In this document: piece by piece, positions 19,854 through 27,785 of the stretch
How positions within the stretch are numbered: the stretch's first letter is position 1
Layout: each line of letters starts with the position of its first letter
Assembly (NCBI GenBank): GCA_903899705.1
Contig: CAIUKQ010000105.1
Location: 1-63,460, forward strand
Direction of reading: 5' to 3'
DNA: 63,460 nucleotides
DNA from: an uncultured beta proteobacterium
GTDB taxonomy: Bacteria > Pseudomonadota > Gammaproteobacteria > Burkholderiales > SG8-39
The notes under the pieces: model-generated
Seen by the model: only the letters and a program-made list of their open reading frames with translations
The model's database searches: none
What the model was told of the DNA's origin: nothing
Translations under genes and position numbers: made by a program

Positions 19854-20555
19854 TCAAAGATTCTTGCAAAGCAGGTACTGATTGGTGCCGTTTTCAACAA
19901 ACTCTGCTGCGGGCGCGGTGGCGGCTGCGGCGGGGTTGGGCGCGGTCTGGAGTTGGCCCCTCAGCTGGCCGCGAATGGCCGATCCATCATCAACCTGCGT
20001 ATCCACGGCAATGGCAACCTTGTCCGGCAGGTTGCTGGTGCAGATGATGTTGGAGGTAAAACCCATGCCCGAAGTCTGAACCCCGACAATGCCGTTGACG
20101 GAGTTGTTCGGCTGCTGCGTGCTCGCTGCAGCGGCTGTGTCGGTCGACCCTGGCACAAATCCGGAGAGGCGCAGATGCAGCCAAAAAAGGTTGTTTTCCG
20201 GTCCGCCCAATGCAGGCGCTGCGGGCGGATTGTTATAGACCTGGGTCGTAGCGGCCGCGGCGCCGACGAAAGTGCCGCTGCCATCCCCGCCAAATGCCGC
20301 GGCACCCCAGCGAGCGACGGTGGTGGCGTTGAGTTCGTCGCCCGGCAGGGCGCGGTAGCGATCCTGATAGGAGTACATGGCGGCAGACAAGCCATTGAAA
20401 TCATTAATTAAATTCTTTATTTTCGCCTGCGTGATCATTTCCTGACCTTTCAGGATGCCACCCAACAGCAGGCCGATAATGACCAGAACGATCGCAATCT
20501 CGACCAAGGTGAAACCTGACTGGGCGGCTTTGGATCTATTTGAAAATTTGTTCAT
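19854..20555 (-). CDS. Type IV pilin-like protein, copy 2 (promoter-proximal paralog)
   Basis: ORF trimmed to MNKFSNRSKAAQSG/FTLVEIA... (cat at 20553-20555, GGAGG RBS). The mature part differs from copy 1 at 9 of 219 residues by hand alignment. Confidence 0.9.
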   Translation of the reverse strand: MNKFSNRSKAAQSGFTLVEIAIVLVIIGLLLGGILKGQEMITQAKIKNLINDFNGLSAAMYSYQDRYRALPGDELNATTVARWGAAAFGGDGSGTFVGAAAATTQVYNNPPAAPALGGPENNLFWLHLRLSGFVPGSTDTAAAASTQQPNNSVNGIVGVQTSGMGFTSNIICTSNLPDKVAIAVDTQVDDGSAIRGQLRGQLQTAPNPAAAATAPAAEFVENGTNQYLLCKNL

Positions 20556-20612
20556 AGGGCCTCCAGTTTGTATGTCCCGCAACCTGACTTTTGTCGGTAA
20601 GGACAAGATAAC

Positions 20613-20627
20613 GCAATATTTGTGCCT
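20613..20627 (-). promoter_or_regulatory. Sigma-54 (-24/-12) promoter of pilin copy 2
   Basis: The minus strand reads AGGCAC-AAATA-TTGC, an exact GGCAC-N5-TTGC spacing. It lies 58 nt upstream of the ATG at 20555. Confidence 0.8.
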
Positions 20628-20708
20628 GTCTGAAGGATGCCGAGAGGTCATATTCCCTCCAATTCGGAAGGAATTTGTCGAGATTTAAACATTTTTGACA
20701 ATTTCCCG

Positions 20709-21431
20709 TCACTTCCCCTTTTTTATCCTCGACTCGATTTCTTTCAGTCGCAGCTCCATTGTTCGCAATTCTCCAGGACTTTTGATCAGGCCTTTTTCAA
20801 TGTAGCCGCCGATCATGATTCGCGCGGTTTCCAATTCATTCATGTCTTCGAGAATGAAGATTTCCATCTGCTTTGCCCAAAGCGGTACGTCCTCTCCGGT
20901 GGCATTCTGCTGAATCGCTGCGGCATATTTTCTGGCCAGCGGCAAGTCCTTCAATCCGTGTTTGGCCACAGCGGCGGCGTGCGCGAGCCATGGCCAGCGG
21001 CGGCCGGGGTCCCTGAAAAACTCCTGATAGACAAACTCCAGCATTTGCCGTTTTTTTGCCTCGTTAGGAACATCTGCATACAGCCTGCTTGCAGCCATAA
21101 GTGGGTACTGACCGTTGGGGTCTAGACGAAGGATTTGGGTCAGCCAGGCCTGCAACTTTCCATAGTCAAGCGCCTGGAACGGTGTTCTGTCGCCGGATTG
21201 GTAGTCAAACGCCTGCAGATAAAGCATCAGCAGTTTGGCCGTTGGTATGGGGTCCCCGAAACTGGCGACCGCCAAGGCGTTTGATCCTGGTGGGGCAGGC
21301 AGATCCACGGCCTTGGGAACCAGCAGCGGATTGGTGGCTCGAACCCAGATCTGCACGGCAAAGGCCAGACCAAAGATGATCGCAATGCCCTTCGGAACTA
21401 CGTGAAAGGGACGCTCCAGGGATCCGGCCAA
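20709..21431 (-). CDS. Hypothetical membrane-anchored all-helical protein (function unknown)
   Basis: No motif recognised. One N-terminal TM segment (GIAIIFGLAFAVQIWV), then a helical, TPR-like region. No in-frame ATG lies near the 5' end. TTG at 21431 (GAGG 5 nt upstream) is preferred over TTG at 21491, which overlaps the upstream gene. Confidence 0.55.
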   Translation of the reverse strand: MAGSLERPFHVVPKGIAIIFGLAFAVQIWVRATNPLLVPKAVDLPAPPGSNALAVASFGDPIPTAKLLMLYLQAFDYQSGDRTPFQALDYGKLQAWLTQILRLDPNGQYPLMAASRLYADVPNEAKKRQMLEFVYQEFFRDPGRRWPWLAHAAAVAKHGLKDLPLARKYAAAIQQNATGEDVPLWAKQMEIFILEDMNELETARIMIGGYIEKGLIKSPGELRTMELRLKEIESRIKKGK

Positions 21432-21447
21432 ATCCGCCTCGCTCTCG

Positions 21448-22218
21448 CTAAAAGTTCTTCCGGTACAAGTCGACCATGGTCGCGGCGCCAATCAGCAACA
21501 GGTAAACAACGGTCTGTGTTGCCCATTGGGATATCTCTCCCATCGTCGGTCCCTGGTCCGTGAGCCACGACGTCAATGTCATGCGATCCAGGTTCGGCAT
21601 CATGAGTGCAATTGCGTCGACAATCCATCGAAACACATCGTCGGTCCACGAGGTTTCTATGCTGATGGGCGTGGCGGCAATGATCTGCATCGCACTGATG
21701 GATCGTGCGAGCAGGTAGAAACCGGCGGTTGCCGCGAATGCAGCAATGACATGGGTGAGTGATATCGCGCAAAAAACGCTGATTGCGGCGACTATCAGAA
21801 GTTCGCATGCTAGAGACCCCCCCCAGATCGCCACCTGTGAAATCGGAGAATAAATTGCGAGGGGCACGGAAAATCCGGCGGCGAGCGCCAACGCCACCGC
21901 TGCACAGCCGGTGATTTTTCCAAGGTAGTACTGGGAGCGGGCCGCGGGTTGAGACAGGAAAAACTCGACAATCTTGTCGTTGGCTTCGCGCGCAAGGCTG
22001 GTAATGCAAAACGCGGAGACCAGGAATACGCCTGTAGCGCGCAACATCACCGCCATGATCGCGGTCTGGATCTGCGCCAATTCGATCATCGCAACCTGGC
22101 TCAGGAATTGGGCGACGCCAAACGCTACGCCCATCGCGACGATCGCAACCCAGGTCATGCGGCTCCTGAGAGCCTCCAGAAAAGTGATTCTGGCGATGGT
22201 TAGGCTGAATACCGGCAC
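21448..22218 (-). CDS. ABC-2 family (NosY-like) transporter permease
   Basis: Six predicted TM segments. The N-terminus ..SLTIARITFLEALRSR.. is typical of ABC-2/NosY permeases. GTG at 22218 (GAGG 6 nt upstream) is preferred over GTG at 22254. Confidence 0.7.
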   Translation of the reverse strand: MPVFSLTIARITFLEALRSRMTWVAIVAMGVAFGVAQFLSQVAMIELAQIQTAIMAVMLRATGVFLVSAFCITSLAREANDKIVEFFLSQPAARSQYYLGKITGCAAVALALAAGFSVPLAIYSPISQVAIWGGSLACELLIVAAISVFCAISLTHVIAAFAATAGFYLLARSISAMQIIAATPISIETSWTDDVFRWIVDAIALMMPNLDRMTLTSWLTDQGPTMGEISQWATQTVVYLLLIGAATMVDLYRKNF

Positions 22219-22464
22219 AGACAACCTCGATTCCTTGTCCTTTGAGAACCGCACCAGTCAGGATGACCGCCCCAAAACCTTGCGCCGGCGACACGCTGGC
22301 ATTCGTTATCGGATTGCGCTTCTGTTGGCATAATACGTGGGTCAGGATTTTTGTGAATTGCGTTGAGCAGTTGAAGCGGGCCACACTTCGCATTCCGGCA
22401 TTCAATTCAAACCCATTCAATCCGTTCGACTGGCCCGGACAGAAACGGTTAAGGCGCGGATGAA

Positions 22465-24201
22465 ATGTCGATATTCCGTTTAACGCAAATCCCCCATCCT
22501 TTTACAAACCGTTACTGGCGCGTCTTTTTCGTGCTGATGCTGGTTTTGTTGCACCTGTCCGCGATGCGCGGTGCCGAGGATTTCTGGGCCCGGGCGCTGA
22601 TGCTCGCGCATTTTGGGTTTTTCATATTGTGGCAGCCGTTCATGCGAGGCGAGCAGCAATTGACAGTGCCGCAGGTCATCGCCGTTGCAGGGGTGTCGGC
22701 TGGCATCCTGTTCTTCCTGAACTGGTGGCTGCTGGGATTGTGGGTCAGTGTGCTCGCCGGTATTGTCGGCGGAAAGGTGTTTCTTTTTCAGGCGCCCTGG
22801 CTGCGGCGTTTTTACCTGCTGGTACTCACCTATCTGGTGGCGTTGCTTCTGGTGTGGATTGTGCCAAGCACATTGCTGTCCAACGGACTACCCAAGGATC
22901 TTGGCAAGCTCGCCGAATTCGGATTGCCCATCCTGTTTAGCGTCATGCTCCTGATACCGGCGGAAGCGGATTCGGCCGAGACACCACAGATCGTGGATTT
23001 CTTTTATTCCACGCTGCTGTTCCTGCTCCTTGTGGTGCTGGTTCTGGGCAGCTTTGCTTTCATGAGTATCGGCAGCTATGCGTACCTTGATGCATTGTCG
23101 GTGTCCATGCTGGTCATTGCCGCGGTATTGTTTTCTTTGAGCATTGCCTGGAATCCCCGCGCCGGATTCGGCGGATTGTCGATGTATTTTTCCAGGTATC
23201 TGCTGTCGATCGGTCTGCCTTTTGAGCAGTGGTTGTTCTTTCTGGCCGAGTTGTCGCGGTTGGAGACCAAGCCGGAGCGTCTGATGAAGGAGGCCAGCAC
23301 CGGCCTGTCGCGTCTTCCCTGGGTTTCCGGGGGCGCATGGCGCGCGGCCGAGCATTCCGGGGAATTTGGCACTGTATCCAGAAACGTCGTCGAATATTCC
23401 AATCAAGCCATGGAACTGAAAGTCTTTTCCAAAAATCCCCTGAGTCCGTCATTGGTCTGGCATTTTCACCTGCTTGGCCAGTTGCTCGGGGAGTTTTATC
23501 TGGACAAGGTTCGCGAACAGAAGTTGCGCGATCAAACCTATTTGCAGGCGGTCCACGAAACCGGCGCCCGCGTCACCCACGATGTGAAGAATCTCCTTCA
23601 GTCGCTCAACGTGCTTTGCGCCGCAGTAGAGAGCAATTCGCAGGCAGAACCGGCTGCAATTGTCGGCTTGCTTCGCCGCCAGTTGCCGGTCATATCACAA
23701 CGCCTGCAGCAGACGCTGGACAAATTACAAAAGCCCCACACCGACAGCCCAAGCTTCGTGCAGGCTCGCGTTTGGTGGGATGGGTTTCATAAGGATTACA
23801 GGGACCGTGGCGTTGATTTCAGTGAAGGTTCGATCAATGACGCGGTCTTGTTGCCCAAAGAGCTTTTTGACAGCGCAGGGGACAACCTGCTTCAAAACGC
23901 ACTCAGAAAGCGCAAGATGGACGAGGCGGTGTCGGTTCGCGTCATGTTCCGTTGCGATGATGCCGTAGAATTATCGGTCAGCGACAATGGCGAGCCGGTT
24001 CCGAGCGACGTTCTGGCCGGATTGATGAAGGGGCCGGTGCCATCAAGCAGCGGTTTTGGCATCGGTTTGTTTCAAACCGCGCGCCTCGCGGAGAGTGCCG
24101 GGTTTACCCTCCGCCTTGCGGGCAATGAATCGGGTGCGGTGACATTTTCACTGACTGCCAATGCGCGTGCATTGCCCGTCATGGTCGAGCCGGATTCTTA
24201 G
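22465..24201 (+). CDS. Multi-TM sensor histidine kinase (PrsK-like architecture)
   Basis: 578 aa. About 8 N-terminal TM helices, H-box HETGARVTHDVKNLLQSL, and a HATPase region (DNLLQNALRK, SDNGEPV, GFGIGLF). Confidence 0.85.
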   Translation: MSIFRLTQIPHPFTNRYWRVFFVLMLVLLHLSAMRGAEDFWARALMLAHFGFFILWQPFMRGEQQLTVPQVIAVAGVSAGILFFLNWWLLGLWVSVLAGIVGGKVFLFQAPWLRRFYLLVLTYLVALLLVWIVPSTLLSNGLPKDLGKLAEFGLPILFSVMLLIPAEADSAETPQIVDFFYSTLLFLLLVVLVLGSFAFMSIGSYAYLDALSVSMLVIAAVLFSLSIAWNPRAGFGGLSMYFSRYLLSIGLPFEQWLFFLAELSRLETKPERLMKEASTGLSRLPWVSGGAWRAAEHSGEFGTVSRNVVEYSNQAMELKVFSKNPLSPSLVWHFHLLGQLLGEFYLDKVREQKLRDQTYLQAVHETGARVTHDVKNLLQSLNVLCAAVESNSQAEPAAIVGLLRRQLPVISQRLQQTLDKLQKPHTDSPSFVQARVWWDGFHKDYRDRGVDFSEGSINDAVLLPKELFDSAGDNLLQNALRKRKMDEAVSVRVMFRCDDAVELSVSDNGEPVPSDVLAGLMKGPVPSSSGFGIGLFQTARLAESAGFTLRLAGNESGAVTFSLTANARALPVMVEPDS

Positions 24202-24432
24202 CGGCTAATCCGGTTGTCGCCGGACCAGGCGATACACCGTGGTTTCGCTAAAATGTGGGCCCGGCCAAGACGTTTCAGCCGGGGTTGGCGCGTCTGGCGG
24301 CTTCGGTGAATCCTGATTGAATGCCATGCGTATTCAATCTTTGTGTGGCGTAGACTTACCCCCGAATGTCTGATCATAGAAAGCCCGGGGCGCTGAATTG
24401 AACACCATGTGGACTGTAACTTTCCGGCCTGA

Positions 24433-25800
24433 ATGAGTCATTTTCGATTGAGATTGCGGGGAAAACAGCGCGGAGCGGCAATATTGCTGTTTGCGATTGC
24501 AATCCTGATCATGTTCGTGACCATTGGAGAGGGGCTCCGGTCGATGACCTCCGCCACAGATTTCGCGAATTCGATGACCACTTCGGCGCGAATGGACAGG
24601 GTGCGTGAGGCGATAGCAAAATTCATCGCGACCAATAATCGCCTGCCTTGCCCCGCCATTCCGCAGTCCGATACGATTGTCGGCGCGGGGGTGGAGGCGC
24701 CCACACCCGGAACGTGCACCGGCGCTCTCTCGGGGACGGCCACAAAAAGAGGTTTGGTGCCCTGGGTTGCCCTTGGACTGCCCGTCGAAGTCTCCTATGA
24801 CGCCTATGGCCGCCACTTCACGTTTCTCGTGGCTACAGCCGCAACCGGATTGACTCAGCAAACCGTTGGCGGCATCACCGGGGCCATCACCCTTCATTCC
24901 GCTGCGCCCGTTGTTTTGGGTTTGGCAGGGGTCGGGTCGCAGAATCAAACCAACGCCTGTTCCACGGTGGCCGCCGTAACATCCTGCAACCGGCGAGGCA
25001 TCGCCGCATTGGTATCGCATGGTGAAAATGGGCTTGGGGGTTATCTTCCCAATGGAACGCAATTGACGTTTGTTGCCGGCCGCCAGAATACCAACGATCC
25101 AGAGTACGAAAATGCGGATTCCGACGATGCTCTGGTGACGATGAATGCAGTGACCTCAACCGATGACACAGTATCAATGTATGACGACAAGGTGGTCGTA
25201 TGGTCGGCGGCTGACATCATTCAGCGCGTTCCGATAACCGAATCGGTTGCTTCGGCGGATCGGGTTACGAACATGAAAATTCAGGTCATCAAATCCGCGT
25301 TGATTGGTTTTGCGATGGGGCACACGACGGTATCACCGGGTTCAACCTGCGTGAGCAGCGGCACGCCGGCCGGCGTGTTCTGCAGAAGGCTGCCGGTTCC
25401 TGACTATTCTCCTCTGGATGGAAACGAGGATTCGACAACAACCGGCACCGGGTTGTATCCGACGGCAGGCAACCACGCCCGCGTTCCCTATATTTCGGTC
25501 GGACTCCTCCTTAATGACATCAAGGATGGCTGGGGCAATTATTTTGACTATGCAGTTTCGGAGCGTCGCTTTGTGCGCGCTGGAAATGCGTCTGCTGCGA
25601 GTCATCGGGGCTTCAGTGGTACAACGCCGGCCAATCCGGCTTCGGCTGTCATAGCAGCCTGTTCCACCTACCATTGCTTTACACTCACCTCGAGTGGCCC
25701 CGATGGCACAATGGGCACGAGCGACGATATATCCATCGCGGTCAAGCTGGATGAGATTCGCACACTGTTCAACGCTGCCAGCGTTACTTATCCGCCGTGA
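24433..25800 (+). CDS. Large pseudopilin-like protein A; non-canonical N-terminus, two GspG-like modules
   Basis: 455 aa. N-terminus KQRGAAILLFAIAILIMF has no Phe+1 or Glu+5. It carries RLPCPA, GLVPWVALG, DAYGRHFTF...VSHGENGLGGY and a second set LPVPD, VPY, DGWGNYFDY...SSGPDGTMGTSDD. Confidence 0.7.
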   Translation: MSHFRLRLRGKQRGAAILLFAIAILIMFVTIGEGLRSMTSATDFANSMTTSARMDRVREAIAKFIATNNRLPCPAIPQSDTIVGAGVEAPTPGTCTGALSGTATKRGLVPWVALGLPVEVSYDAYGRHFTFLVATAATGLTQQTVGGITGAITLHSAAPVVLGLAGVGSQNQTNACSTVAAVTSCNRRGIAALVSHGENGLGGYLPNGTQLTFVAGRQNTNDPEYENADSDDALVTMNAVTSTDDTVSMYDDKVVVWSAADIIQRVPITESVASADRVTNMKIQVIKSALIGFAMGHTTVSPGSTCVSSGTPAGVFCRRLPVPDYSPLDGNEDSTTTGTGLYPTAGNHARVPYISVGLLLNDIKDGWGNYFDYAVSERRFVRAGNASAASHRGFSGTTPANPASAVIAACSTYHCFTLTSSGPDGTMGTSDDISIAVKLDEIRTLFNAASVTYPP

Positions 25801-25850
25801 TGTATCGAATGTCATGCCCCATACAATGCTCCCGATAGGCAGTTGAAAAG

Positions 25851-27233
25851 ATGCTGGCCCGTTCGCAAAGAGGTTTTACGCTGATCGAGGTGGCGATTGC
25901 CCTCCTACTGGTCGGCCTCGCGCTCGCGTCAACCATGGTCGTCGTGACCACGCAGATCGAGGCGCGCAACACGAGGGAAACCCAGCGACGGATGGAAATA
26001 GTGAAGGCGTCATTGGCAAGCTTTGTCGCGAAGAACAGCCGTCTGCCCTGTCCGGCGGTGCCGACGCTGACCAATACCTCGGCCAACTATGGCGTCGAAG
26101 CCTCAACTCCCGGGACGTGCACGAGCACGGTGGCCGCAGGCGCGAGCAATGTCATCGGTGTCGTTCCGTGGGTGACCTTGGGCATTGAATCATCCTATGC
26201 GGCGGATCCGTACGGACATTTCTTTACTTACAACGTGGTTAAGGCGGAAACGAATCGGAATTCAAATACGATCACCAGCATGCGCGGAAATATCTCTGTT
26301 CACAGCGGCACGCCAGTCAGTCTTGGTTTGACCGGTGCCGGCGGTCTCTCCACCCAGAATCAGATCAACGCGTGCTCCACGACGCAGGGCGACAACGGGT
26401 GCAATATTGCCGCGGTGGTTGTGATTGTGTCTCATGACCGGAATGGCGCCGGCGCATATCAGACTTCGGGAGTCCAGTCCACGCTGCCCTCCGCCACGAC
26501 CAATCCCGCCGAATGGCAAAACGCCCAGGCTGATACAAAGTACGTCAATCCCTCGACGGGGTACGTCAAGGACGTCTATGACGATATCGTGTTCGCGATT
26601 ACTCCGGAAGACTTGTTGTTTCCCCTGGCACAGCAGGGCGCATTCAAGACGTCGCGCGCCGTTACCAACGACCGTTTGCAACTTGTGAAGAATGCCCTTT
26701 TGTCGTTCATCGTCAATAATTCGAGCGGATTTGGCAGCAGTGCCTGCAATGCCGGATCGACACCGCAGTGCCGGTATCTTCCGTTGCCGGATTCAGGTTT
26801 GCCTGTCGCGACAGGATATGACGGCGTCACGGACGCGCTTGCAACAACAGGGGTGATTCTTTGGGATCCTTCCGCGACAACCAATGCAATCGGCTGGCCC
26901 AGTTCAACAAATCTTTATGTCAGGGGACAGGTGCCCTATTCCACTTTGGGCATGCAGCAATGGGAAACTCTGGACGGCTGGGGTTCGGCGATTCAATATA
27001 TTGTCTATCAGACGATCGCCAATACGACGACGGCCAGTGGCATCGGAATTTCCACCACAACGCCCGCTTCGACCTATTCCGTTGCGATCAGGTTATGGTC
27101 CTATGGCGTCGACAAAACCGCGAATATGTCTGTGGGTAACACGTATTCTTCCCCGAGCGACGATATCGTTCTTGATATCTCGCCGGCGGAACTCAGGGGT
27201 TACCTGATTAACAGTGGGCGCGCAATCCCTTGA
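25851..27233 (+). CDS. Large pseudopilin-like protein B; canonical prepilin N-terminus, two GspG-like modules
   Basis: 460 aa. QRG/FTLIEVAIALLLVGL (G-1, F+1, E+5). Paralog of 24433..25800 sharing RLPCPA, VVPWVTLG, DPYGHFFTY...VSHDRNGAGAY, LPLPD, VPY and DGWGSAIQY motifs. Confidence 0.8.
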   Translation: MLARSQRGFTLIEVAIALLLVGLALASTMVVVTTQIEARNTRETQRRMEIVKASLASFVAKNSRLPCPAVPTLTNTSANYGVEASTPGTCTSTVAAGASNVIGVVPWVTLGIESSYAADPYGHFFTYNVVKAETNRNSNTITSMRGNISVHSGTPVSLGLTGAGGLSTQNQINACSTTQGDNGCNIAAVVVIVSHDRNGAGAYQTSGVQSTLPSATTNPAEWQNAQADTKYVNPSTGYVKDVYDDIVFAITPEDLLFPLAQQGAFKTSRAVTNDRLQLVKNALLSFIVNNSSGFGSSACNAGSTPQCRYLPLPDSGLPVATGYDGVTDALATTGVILWDPSATTNAIGWPSSTNLYVRGQVPYSTLGMQQWETLDGWGSAIQYIVYQTIANTTTASGIGISTTTPASTYSVAIRLWSYGVDKTANMSVGNTYSSPSDDIVLDISPAELRGYLINSGRAIP

Positions 27234-27302
27234 TTATTAAATAATATTTAGGAATTGTCGGATGGGTCCCGGAATGCGCCGAGATAACAAGCCGTTGTTT
27301 GC

Positions 27303-27785
27303 TCAGCGTTTGGCAGAGGGCTTGGCCGGGGGATTCGCGGATTTGATTTTGATTTCGCCACCACCCAAGCCATTGTTGATGGACCCGCTGTTCCTGTCGA
27401 GTGTTTGACCGACGCGCACATCGGTGGCCGGTTCCTCTTCAACCGGCTTTAGTGGAATGAGAGCCGGATTGCGCGGTTTATAGGCGTCGTTTTGGGACGC
27501 GCCGTTAATCCAGGTGGTGGTCTTTCCAGAGGACCGTGAAACCTGTCCATTGACCGTGTACAGACTTTCAACCTCCACGGTGGCCTCCTGAATGTTGAGT
27601 TCCCGCCTGCGATCCAGTTCCTGGCGCTGCTGTGGCGAGAAAAACAGCCGGCCAAGGTCCTTGGTAACGGCGTTGTCCTGACCGAAGGCGCCAATCGGCG
27701 CCAACATTGCCATCAGCAGGCAAACCGCCGGCGGCATTGTTCGGAGGGCTTCAGAAAATAAAGGGGCTGAGCTCACGTTTTTCAT
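27303..27785 (-). CDS. Secreted pilus-biogenesis accessory protein (MshK/PilP position; function unverified)
   Basis: 160 aa with a signal peptide (..LLMAMLAPIGAFG/Q). Last gene of the assembly operon; 4-nt overlap with the upstream gene. No motif recognised. Confidence 0.5.
   Translation of the reverse strand: MKNVSSAPLFSEALRTMPPAVCLLMAMLAPIGAFGQDNAVTKDLGRLFFSPQQRQELDRRRELNIQEATVEVESLYTVNGQVSRSSGKTTTWINGASQNDAYKPRNPALIPLKPVEEEPATDVRVGQTLDRNSGSINNGLGGGEIKIKSANPPAKPSAKR

Larger units (their letters stand above)
19068..20555 (-). repeat. Tandem duplication (~786-bp period) of the major pilin gene
   Basis: The two CDSs are near-identical over the mature region. Their leader peptides and the flanking spacers are unrelated. 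Confidence 0.9.

Noticed and set aside
21398-22420. 340-aa minus-strand ORF in an alternative frame over the ABC-2 permease region
   Set aside because: The Arg/Cys/His-rich translation has no TM helices or motifs. The overlapping frame encodes a coherent six-TM permease.
24334-25062. 242-aa minus-strand ORF opposite the first giant pseudopilin gene
   Set aside because: It lies antisense to a CDS that has a clear paralog next door. It has no motifs and a Gly/Arg-rich shadow composition.
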